Source of the DNA: Octopus sinensis
Taxonomy: Eukaryota
Assembly: GCF_006345805.1 (NCBI RefSeq)
Contig: NC_042998.1
Span: 3,224,001 to 3,288,000, forward strand
Length of the DNA stretch: 64,000 nt
Direction of reading: 5' to 3'
The position numbers were made by a program, and so were the translations under genes. Every line of letters begins with the position of its first letter. Position 1 is the first letter of the stretch. The notes beneath the pieces are model-generated. The model had not been told where the DNA came from, did no database searches, and saw only the letters and a list, made by a program, of their open reading frames with translations. This document shows positions 1 to 8,863 of the stretch, in pieces.

Positions 1-1214
1 TTCAATGGCCCACTTCTCCTCAGCTGATCTTTGGTTATTGATGAGGGTCTTCATGCATTGTTGGAGGTTATATTTTTTGGATTCAAGCAGTGCGATAGCG
101 TCGTCGAATGTGTGTTGCTGTTGGCAGTACTTTAGTTTGTTAATTTTTTTGTTTGTTCCTTTTATTTTTCTGATAATGGTTTTTCTGTTTTGGGGGATTC
201 TGCACTTTTTGTTCACAGGTCTTGGTGGGAGTGTTTTTGCACATATGTCTGTGACGGTGTCTACAAAGATCTGCCAAGATGTTTTATGGTTGGTGGAGAT
301 GTGTGTATGTGTAAAGGACCAGTCAACATTTGATAGCTCGTTCCTGATTGCATCCCAGTTGGCTTTATGGAGATCCATGTTGTCAAATGGGTGGGCTGGA
401 GGAAGGTCACTAGGATTAGCTTTCGGCTGGTGGAATTTCATGTTACAGAGAACCATGTCATGGTCTGAAAGAAGGGTTTTTTCCACTGTAACGTTATGTA
501 TAGTGTTAGTGTGGTTACTAAACACTAGGTCCAAAATGTTCTGATGTCTTGTTGGCAAGGACAAGTTGGGACAAGAAAAACTCATTCGTAAAGTCGAAAA
601 GTGACTCTGCTGCTTCTTTGTCAGCGGTTGAGGCGGGAGTGCTTGGTTTCAAACCGTTTGTAGTCCAGTCAACACAGGGTAGATTGAAGTCTCCCATCAT
701 GAGTATGTTGCTAGAATGGCACTGTTGAATAAGCACTTAATGCTGTTGAGGCATTCTTTAAAGCACAGTATGGGTGTTTGGGGCGGCCTATAGAGCCCAA
801 TTACTGTCAGGTCATTGGCTTTGTTGTGCACGGTGACTGATTCACAGTAGCCGTTGGAGAATATACTATTTCCATCTGCCGTAAATGAATCATGCAGGAA
901 AATGGCAGTTCACCCTTCCTCCTGCCGATACGATCCGCGCGGATGGTTGTGAAATTCTTCACTCTCACTTCGGCTTCCAAGTGGGAGTTGTCAAGGTGGG
1001 TCTCAGTGAGAATGAAGAAAGGGATGTGGTGTGAATGGTTACCAACCCAGTCTTCAATGAATTGGACCTTCCATTTTTGTGCATTGATGGAAGGGCTGAC
1101 ACCTTGTGCATTGAGTAGGAATGTGGAGGTTAGTGTAGTGGCTGGTTTTGACTGTTGCAGGGGGCTTGGATTTTTTGTGTGTGTTAGTGGCAGCAATGTG
1201 GGGAATTGGTGCAC
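1..1214 (-). pseudogene. Disrupted ORF2 N-terminus (apurinic/apyrimidinic endonuclease) of the CR1-clade LINE
   Basis: Catalytic motifs ETHL, YRPP, GDFN, LDL and SDH are all present but split by at least three frameshifts (~912, ~730, ~557). Confidence 0.9.
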
Positions 1215-1451
1215 TGGGGTAATAGCATAGGATGGTGTTGAGTGATGGCTAGAATGTTTTGTGTATCTCTTTTGCCATGTTCAACATGGCTAAAAAAGAA
1301 TTTTCCTGCTTAGGGAGCAGTTTTTGGCTGGAGGTGTGGTTGCACTGTTGGATAGGGTTGTAGTTTCCACTTTGTTGTTGTTGTTTTTGTGTCTTCCTGA
1401 AAAGACTGGACCAGCATTACTGCAGCATGGTGTGTTCTATTTTATTGTTAT

Positions 1452-2408
1452 TCAGGTTTGTTGTGGGCTTGAGGCCCCGTTTCTGTTTGTGCGTCGGGTC
1501 CCTGGAAGATGAGTGAAGGGACAGTCACTCAGTAGACATGTTCTCTCACGTTGGGAATACCGGCAGATTTTGGGACTCCGAGTTGTGTGTGTTTTGAATT
1601 TCGATTTACTATTTGGTGGTGTTGATGTTATTGTGGGATGCGTGCTTTGGCATTGGCCGGTAGTGCGTCTAGTGCCGGGTAGATGCGTGAAGATGCAGTC
1701 ACTATTTGTGCAGAGTCTCTGGCGCAGTGAATAGCGGCATATTTGGGGATTTCTTGTTTGTGCCGTGGGGGGCGCATTCTGCTTCCTATGTTTCTTTAAG
1801 TTTTTGTTACTGCAGTAGTAGTATTGAGGTGGTGATGTGGGGGAAGAGGGCAGTGGTTTCTTATTTGGTTTTCTGTTGGTATTTTTGGTGATAGAAGACG
1901 ATGGTGGCAGCGGTGGTGATGATGATGATGATAATTGTGGTGGTTGCTGTGAGAGCGGTGAAAAGATACTGGCATTTAGTGAATCGTCTAGTAAGCTAGA
2001 GTTGAGGAGTGGCTGTTGTTGTTCTTGTTGCTGTGGCTGTTGTTGTTGTTGTGCCTGACCGATGTCAGGGTCAGCCATTGTGCTGGGAACCAGGAGTGGC
2101 TCATTCTGTTGTTGTTGTTGTTGTGGCTGCTGATTTTCTAGCTGTTGTTGTTCTTGAACTGTGAAAATATGTAGAAGCTTTTCATAATGGCCTCTTATCA
2201 GTTTGAAAGATACTTCGATATGTTTCAACTTGCTACGAATCTGTTTGACGGATCGTGTGTTGACCACTTGTGATGTTTTTTCGGCAATCTCATTCAAACA
2301 CAAGACATTTAGATTTTCTGTTTGGGAAAGAGAGAGCCATGTGTTTATTAAAACATCAATTTCGTTATCAGACCAATTTCGTCTGTTGCAGGCCTGCAAG
2401 TTAGTCAT
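1452..2408 (-). CDS. LINE ORF1 protein (318 aa): N-terminal Myb/SANT-like (trihelix-type) domain, Q/S/P-rich linker, two C-x8-C-x4-C-x3-H (CCCH) fingers
   Basis: Open ORF directly upstream of the APE domain. RRNWSDNEIDVLINTW...EIAEK...RSVKQIRSKLKHIEVSFK fits the W-S/T-x-x-E...EIA...R-S/T-x-x-Q...K-x-K-x-L/I pattern of Myb/SANT-like domains. CRYSLRQRLCTNSDCIFTH and CRYSQRERTCLLSDCPFTH are read directly. The stop at 1452 may be premature. Confidence 0.75.
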   Translation of the reverse strand: MTNLQACNRRNWSDNEIDVLINTWLSLSQTENLNVLCLNEIAEKTSQVVNTRSVKQIRSKLKHIEVSFKLIRGHYEKLLHIFTVQEQQQLENQQPQQQQQQNEPLLVPSTMADPDIGQAQQQQQPQQQEQQQPLLNSSLLDDSLNASIFSPLSQQPPQLSSSSSPPLPPSSSITKNTNRKPNKKPLPSSPTSPPQYYYCSNKNLKKHRKQNAPPTAQTRNPQICRYSLRQRLCTNSDCIFTHLPGTRRTTGQCQSTHPTITSTPPNSKSKFKTHTTRSPKICRYSQRERTCLLSDCPFTHLPGTRRTNRNGASSPQQT

Positions 2409-2746
2409 GTTTGTTTTCCTTTTGATTTTTGAAAATATATATATTCTTCTTGGGAGTTAAAGAAGTGTTATATATATATAAATGTTCTCTCTTAAGGGTG
2501 TGAGTTTTTGATTATTTGGTGTTTGAGGTTATTAAAAGAAAAACAGGTGTATATAACAATTTGTAGTTAAATGAAAAACGTACTTACGGGTTTGTAGGCA
2601 AACACGTGGTTACAAATATATATATATTAAGGTCAGTTAGTTTTGAAGCTGTGTAGCTTGCTACTGACTTGGGAGAGAAACAAATAGACGTCCGTCCACT
2701 TCAACAGTTAATCCACATATCCCTTCAACAGTTAATCCACATATCC

Positions 2747-2874
2747 ATATGTATATATATAATATACATATGTATGTATATATATTATACATATGTATGT
2801 ATATATTATATACAATGTAGTATATAAATAATATACATATGTATTATATATATATATATACATATGTATGTATA
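2747..2874. repeat. (TA)n/(TATG)n compound microsatellite between two CR1 copies
   Basis: Read directly. Confidence 0.95.
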
Positions 2875-3677
2875 TTAAATCCTTAAATCCTTAAAATGTT
2901 TTAGCCCGAAGGCGCGGCCATGCTGGGGCACCACCGCTGAAGAGCCACACTAGTTGTGAATCACCTCTGATACGTGGCACTTGATCAACAAGGGAGTTCG
3001 ATGCTGCTGCCCGCATCCGCGTCTCTGTCGTGAGGTAGGTTCATCTGGGACTTCCAACAAGAAGAGATCCAGTTTAGTTTTAAAGAAACCCACATCCACA
3101 CCATGTAAGTCTCTCAGGCATTTAGGGAGGATGTTGAAAAGCTGTGTGGGTCTCTGAAACCCAAGCTGTTGCAGTATCTGGACCTGTATTTTGATGGTGA
3201 TGTTGGAATCCTTGGCACCACGCAGCGGCCCCCGTTCTGCGGTTGGAGTAACTTTGAATGCCAAAGTTTGGGATAAGACCCTCCAGGATTTTCCAGATGT
3301 ATATTACTGCATATCTCTCCCGCCTCCGCTCCAGGGAGAAGAGGTTTAATACCTTCAGTCTTTCCAGTAGCTGACATTTTGCATTGAGACGATTTTCTTT
3401 GTGTAGCTTCTCTGAGTTGCTTCGAGTTCTGCTGTGTGTTTATATTGTGTGGTGACCAAAGTTTGGAGCAGTAGTCCAAGCGGCTGAGGACAAATGTTTT
3501 CCATAGGACCATCAGTGTCTCCTTCTCTCTTGTTCTGAAGTTCGGAGAATCCATCCAGCTAGCCGTCTGCATTTTATCACCAGATTAGCAATATGCATTT
3601 GGAAAGATGCATCATTGCTCATGTCAATGCCCAGGTCACGCACTGATTTTGACTCAGGGATTGCAAGGACGAAAGGC
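2875..3677 (-). mobile_element. 5'-truncated CR1-clade LINE (ORF2 C-terminus + 3'UTR + (TTTAAGGA)n tail), degraded
   Basis: Minus translation [25 protein letters not shown]...[36 protein letters not shown]...LFNILPKCLR...FKTKLDLFLLEVPDEP. 3' end GGTGGTGCCCCAGCATGGCCGCGCCTTCGGGCTAAAAC followed by TTTAAGGA x2. Confidence 0.9.
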
Positions 3678-4041
3678 ATACATATGTATATATATATATA
3701 TATATAATATGTATGTATATATATATATATATACATATGTATGTATATATATATATACATATGTATGTATATATATATATATATATACATATGTATGTAT
3801 ATATATATATATACATATGTATGTATATATATATATATATATGTATATATATACATATGTATATATATATATATATACATATGTATATAATATATATATA
3901 CATAATATGTATATATATATATATATATATACATAATATATATATATATACATACATATATATATATATATATATACATACATATATATATATATATACA
4001 TACATATATATATATATATACATACATATATATACATATAT
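3678..4041. repeat. (TA)n/(TATG)/(CATA) compound microsatellite
   Basis: Read directly; source of many spurious Y/I/C/M-rich ORFs. Confidence 0.95.
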
Positions 4042-4399
4042 AACGGCAGAAAGAGAGGGAGAAAGAATATGTAGAATGAGAACAAAGGTATAATTCAATA
4101 AGTAAAGGAAAGAAAAAGACCATGACAAATTTAGAAATAAACTAGTAAATAATGGAAATGGGGTGAATAAACTGAGCCGAAATGAATTGTAGAACAGAAA
4201 GGAAAATGGCTTCCAGAAGGTTCCTCAGGCAAAACAAACAAAAGGTGAAAGATGGAAGTGATTTAGAAAAGAAAGAAAAAGGTCTTGAAAATAAAATATG
4301 TCAGCAAACATGTCCGTCGGTGTTTTATTGTTTGATAATTTTAGACGTGTTAAATCGGTAAATTGCTTTTGGTAATGTAATAGAAAGATGCAGTGATAG

Positions 4400-5100
4400 G
4401 AAGAAAGAAAAAGGAGAGGGAGATGGGGAAAGAGAAGGGGGAGAGAGGTGAGGCGAGAAAGAAGAGAATGATTGGGTAAATCAGAAAAGAAACGTTTGAG
4501 ATAGTGTGATGGGGGGGGGGGCAGGGGTATAAGATATGGTTGAGAAGTGTATAGAAAATGTGGGAGAGAGCAAATGGATGTCAGTGAACGTTTATGAGAG
4601 AGAATATATTTAGTATAAAACGAGAAGGAGAATGGGTTTGTGTGTATATGTGTGTGCGTGACAGAGAGGGAGAGAGTGAGGAAGATAGAAGAAGAAGAAG
4701 AAGGGCGTTAGAAAAAGTGAGTGAAAGAAGAGTTTGAGGCGGATAAGTGGAGGGATAGAGAATAAAACAGGTCAGAGATACCGAGAGAATATGTGGTGGG
4801 AGCAGAGAGAGAGAGAGAGGAGACAGAGAGAGTGAGAGAGAGAGAAGGACAGAGAGACAGAGAGAGAGAGAGAGAGACAGAGAGAATGAAAATTAGAATA
4901 ATTAGAATAGAAGTTTGAGAGAAATCCTGAGAAACAAAAACGAGAACGAGACCGAGAAAGTGAAAGTAAGGAAAAGAAAAGACGGGTGGAGGGGAGGAAG
5001 GGAGATTGAGGGGAAAGGTGGGAGAAAGAAAGAAAAGAAGGACGCCCCTAAGTGAAAGACGAAATGTGAGCGTAAGAGGGGGGAACGGACATGTAGAAAG
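4400..5100. repeat. Purine-rich (GA/AG) low-complexity tract with (GA)n blocks
   Basis: Strongly strand-asymmetric A/G composition; (GA)n at ~4800-4885. Confidence 0.8.
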
Positions 5101-5240
5101 GTATACAAGTTATGAAGGAGGTGTTAGATGTGAGTGGGAACAAAAGAAAGAAAAAATATGAATGACAAGAAAATATATTTCAAGAATTGGATTTGAATAA
5201 AGAAATCAGCTGAAATAAAACAAACAAAATGAAAAAGAAG

Positions 5241-5293
<53 letters not shown>

Positions 5294-5863
5294 TGTGTGT
5301 GTAGGAGAGTCGGTGATAAAACAAAAAGCAACATAAAACGGTATAACACATTTTTAGTAAATGAGAGATAAAAAGGAAGATTGTCGGCCGAGAGAATGAG
5401 GTAACACTGATAACCTTTAGTAGGCTCTCTCAGACTGGGCGAGATTAAAGTAATGCGGTTGATGTTCAGGATTAAACATCTGGAGGTCGATCTCGGCAGG
5501 AAATAACGTAAATAACGTTGGCAGAAGGAGGAGGAGGAGGCGGGGAGTGGGGATTGATATCAGGGGATTTATAGTTCTGTGAAGAATCTTTGAGGTGAGC
5601 TATAATAAGTGGGTTGAGTAAAGGTGAGACGTGAGGAAAAGTGGATGCGTCTACATAGCCTCAGGTGATAAAAATATTGCTTCCGAAAACAATATTTCGA
5701 ATACAAAGTGGTTATGATGGCAGTGTCGATTCCAGCATGGCCACAACCAGTCGGTTGAAAACCACTAATGAAGCAAGAGAGTAAGTTTCAAATGCAGTTG
5801 CCAGAAGATTAAAGTTTTAGCTTTCTATAACATTTAATTTTCAGTAATATTTACTCTTTCCAT

Positions 5864-6072
5864 AAGGCAGCGAGATGGCAGAATAGTTAGCACGCTGGGC
5901 TAAATGCTTAGCGGCATTTCGTCCTTACGTTCTGAGTTGAAATTCATCCGGGGTCGACTTTGCCTTTCGTCCTTTCGAGGTCGATAAAATAGGTATCAAT
6001 TAAAACATGGGGTCGATGTAATCAACTAAGCCTTATCCCCAGAGATTACCAGCCTTGTGCCAAAATTTGAAA
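5864..6072 (+). mobile_element. SINE-B (tRNA-derived, Nin/Deu-like core)
   Basis: GGCAGCGAGATGGCAGAA head, GTTCTGAGTTGAAATT B-box-like motif, GTCGACTTTGCCTTTCGTCCTTTCGAGGTCGATAAAA core; same family recurs many times in the window. Confidence 0.85.
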
Positions 6073-6087
6073 TGAATTCTTTAATCG

Positions 6088-6526
6088 TTTTATTCTTTTA
6101 TTCTTTTATTTGTTTCAGTCATTTGATTGCGATCATGCTGGAGCACCGCGTTTAGTCGAGCAAATCAACCCCAGGACTTATTCTTTGTAAGCCTAGTACT
6201 TATTCTATCGCTCTCTCTTGCCCAACCGCTAAGTGGCGGGGACGTAAACACACCAGCTTCAGTTGTCAGGCGATGATGGGGGGACAAACACAGGCACACA
6301 AAAATATACATACATACACACACACACGCACTCACACACACACACGCACACATATATATACGACGGGCTTCCTTCAGTTTCCGTCTACCAAATTCACTTA
6401 CAAGGCTTTGGTCGGCCCGAGGCTATAGTAGAAGACACTTTCCCAAGGTGCCACGATGTGGGACTGAACCCGGAATCATGTGGTTGGTAAGCAAGCTACT
6501 TACCACACAGCCACTCCTGCGCCTAT
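6088..6526 (-). mobile_element. SINE-A, full length
   Basis: Minus strand: GGCGCAGGAGTGGCTGTGTGGTAAG head, GGCACCTTGGGAAAGTGTCTT (CORE-like) motif, internal (TA)/(TG) tract, tail GCGGTGCTCCAGCATGATCGCAATCAAATGACTGAAAC. Confidence 0.9.
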
Positions 6527-6535
6527 AAGCAATTG

Positions 6536-6601
6536 CGAGCTTGCCAGGATTTGAACCTGGAATCTTCTGATCCGTAGTCAGACGCGTTATCCATTGCGCC
6601 A
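6536..6601 (-). tRNA. tRNA-Arg(ACG) fragment, positions 8-73; 5' acceptor strand missing (pseudogene)
   Basis: Minus strand TGGCGCAATGGATAACGCGTCTGACTACGGATCAGAAGATTCCAGGTTCAAATCCTGGCAAGCTCG. Anticodon stem TCTGA/TCAGA with loop CT-ACG-GA; T-arm CCAGG/CCTGG. The upstream 7 nt (TAAATAT) cannot pair with CAAGCTC. Confidence 0.9.
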
Positions 6602-6989
6602 ATATTTACTATTCTGTAGTATCATTTTAAAAAAAGAAAAAATGTTTTCATTGTGTGAGTGAGACGGACTTTCACTCGAGGGCCCCTCGAGAACAACGAT
6701 TCTTCTGATTTGGTTTGCGTTTTATCGAACCAAACAGGATTCTCAATTAAGAAGGAAATATCGACCCCAATAACAGATGCATGTTACCTGGTTTTCTAGT
6801 GACTTACAAATGTATAACATACGATGGTACACAAATGCTGTACCTCCTGATGCGAGCATTCGAAAGTGACCACCCGTGGGAAGTGGATTGGCTGTAACTC
6901 TAGTTCTCTGTTGTGAGTCTCTCGGGCCGGAGAAAGACAAACCTACAAGGATGAGTTGTTTATAGTGATGGAATATTTTTACTATATAT

Positions 6990-7187
6990 TATCTAATTTT
7001 CCCCATCAAATCAACGTTACCTGTACAGGTGCGCGATGTGCCACACGTCAGATGTCGAAATGATTACAAAGCAACTCCAGATGATGTGTTTTACTCAAGA
7101 ACACAACGCACCACCAGGTCCGGGAATCGAAACCACAATCTCACGGTCGTGGGTGCAACACCCTAACCACCAAGTCACTCGCCTTCC
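6990..7187 (-). mobile_element. SINE-C group: head H1 with a distinct body (T3), degraded
   Basis: Minus head GGAAGGCGAGTGACTTGGTGGTTAGGGTGTTGCAC...GGTTTCGATTCCCGGACC...GTTGTGTTCTTGAGTAAAACAC, then a body unlike T1 or T2. Confidence 0.7.
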
Positions 7188-7546
7188 CATGGAACCTTAG
7201 TTATGACTATTTGTATTTTGATTTCAGATCTCATCGGTATCAATGTTGCATTTCATCCTCTCTGTGGTTTATAAAATAAGGTACCTGTTTAGGCCCATTT
7301 TATCGACTAAATGAGAGCCAAACTTGTAAACTTGTGCTGTGCCTATGTTGGAAATAGTTGCAATATTTCTTTTAGTAGCAGCTGCAAATGGTTGAAGTAG
7401 GTGAATTATGGAAGAGATTAATAGTTTTTCTTTATATCACCTCACATTCTGAGTTCAAATCTCGACTAGTTCAATTTTCTCACTCATTCTTCTGGTGTTG
7501 TTAAAATGAAGTACTAATCAACTCCTCGGATCGATTTTATAGACTA

Positions 7547-7763
7547 CGAAGGGAAGCTGAAAAGTTCCTGGCTTTAAGGGTGTCGCGAAAGGCCTGGTTG
7601 GAGGCCCAACTTTCCGAGTTCTTTTACAGGGCTTAGAAAAAGTGAAGGACCGCTGCATTAAGTGTGTGAATCTGAGAGGGGAATATGTTGGATAAAATCA
7701 TAATTAACTGATAATCTTGTATTTTCTTTTACCCAAAATCAGGAACTTTTCAACACCCACTCG
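7547..7763 (+). mobile_element. Miniature internally deleted mariner element (217 bp) with TIRs and TA duplication
   Basis: TA|CGAAGGGAAGCTGAAAAGTTCCTGG ... TCAGGAACTTTTCAACACCCACTCG|TA. The interior encodes a mariner C-terminus (AKAWLEAQ...KCVNLRGEYV). Confidence 0.85.
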
Positions 7764-8818
7764 TATATACCTCCTTCAATTTTGTGATCTTGGTCCATTT
7801 TTGAAATATATAATCGAAATCGATCCCACCACAGCAAGTAAAATACGTGGCTTTGTGTCACTGTTACTAACATTATTATAATATACCGACAGGCTTAAGT
7901 AGTAAATAAAGATGAGGTATGCAATGTAATTGACAGTTACGTTAGGGTAAATAGGGTAGTTGGAATTATCCCAGGGACTTTGTATCGAACAGTTTCTGTT
8001 CCTTTTAGGTTATTTGTGAGTTAATCATTCATCTCTAGCTATTTTCATGTTTAAATTGTACTCTGTTTGCTACTGGTAGCATGTAATCCAGCATAACTAA
8101 TCTCAAGTTTGAGTTGTCGCTGACTAAACTGCTCACTTTCTAGGTGAGCCTGTGGACATCATACTGATGGATTAAAAATAAAACGTATTATGGAGTAGAA
8201 GAGATTCTTACAGAGAAACCTTTGGCCAATCATAACTGGAGAGGTTATAGGTGTCACCATGTTTTCTGCTTATTGAATTACGCAAGGATGTGCCCCTTGG
8301 ACATTATTCTCTTACTCCATTGGTAGTTGTATATGCTTGTTTCCGTTGTATTATGAAGGGCATGTCAATGGAGGCCCTTATTACACCCTTCAGTTATATA
8401 TAAAACAGAACTTAAATTAAACATTTCTGTAAGTTTTTGTGCACGTGGTTTTCCTTTCACCTAAGACTGATCCTTTCTTTCACAAATTTTCGATTTCCTT
8501 TTCTAATTATTCAATTTATAATCCGACTATATATGTCTGTCTATGCTACAATAAAGAAAGCTACTCATTAATTAGTATGGAATATGTAATTTTTACTTAA
8601 AAGAAAGTAATTATTAACGTCCACACTTCTAGAAAACGTTTAATTAATTTTTTTTTATCGAAATGTGGTTTCACATATTCTTTTAGTATTAGAGATTTCA
8701 TCTACAGAAAACTAATTTTAATTCACTATGAGCGATTTTGAACACTGCAAAATAGTGTTCCACCTTAGTCCTCTCTCTTTTTCTCTGTCTCTCCCTTTCC
8801 TCGTCTCTCTCTCTCCCC

Positions 8819-8863
<45 letters not shown>

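Larger units (their letters stand above)
1..2746 (-). mobile_element. CR1-clade non-LTR retrotransposon, 5' portion (5'UTR, ORF1, APE endonuclease, EN-RT linker); continues off the left edge
   Basis: Minus-strand translation gives APE motifs in order: LLNAQG...LTETHL...RADRIGRRKG...GLYRPP...MGDFNLP...PTR-QNILDLVF...LSDH. The linker ends ...AEEKWAIE at base 1. A 318-aa ORF1 lies upstream and a ~340-bp 5'UTR ends at a TA microsatellite. Confidence 0.9.

Noticed and set aside
5-544. 179-aa plus-strand ORF
   Set aside because: Antisense shadow of the LINE ORF2 on the minus strand; no independent motifs.
3512-4128. Multiple long Y/I/C/M/H/T-rich ORFs (also at 11.4-12.2, 15.2-15.8, 17.3-17.9, 25.5-26, 28.9-29.5, 35.9-36.6, 38.7-39.1, 43-43.5, 54.1-54.6 and 63-64 kb)
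   Set aside because: Translations of TA/CA/TATG/TCTA microsatellites, which lack stop codons in some frames.
6676-6692. CTCGAGGGCCCCTCGAG palindrome resembling a polylinker (XhoI-ApaI-XhoI)
   Set aside because: Only 17 bp, with no other vector sequence nearby; compatible with chance.
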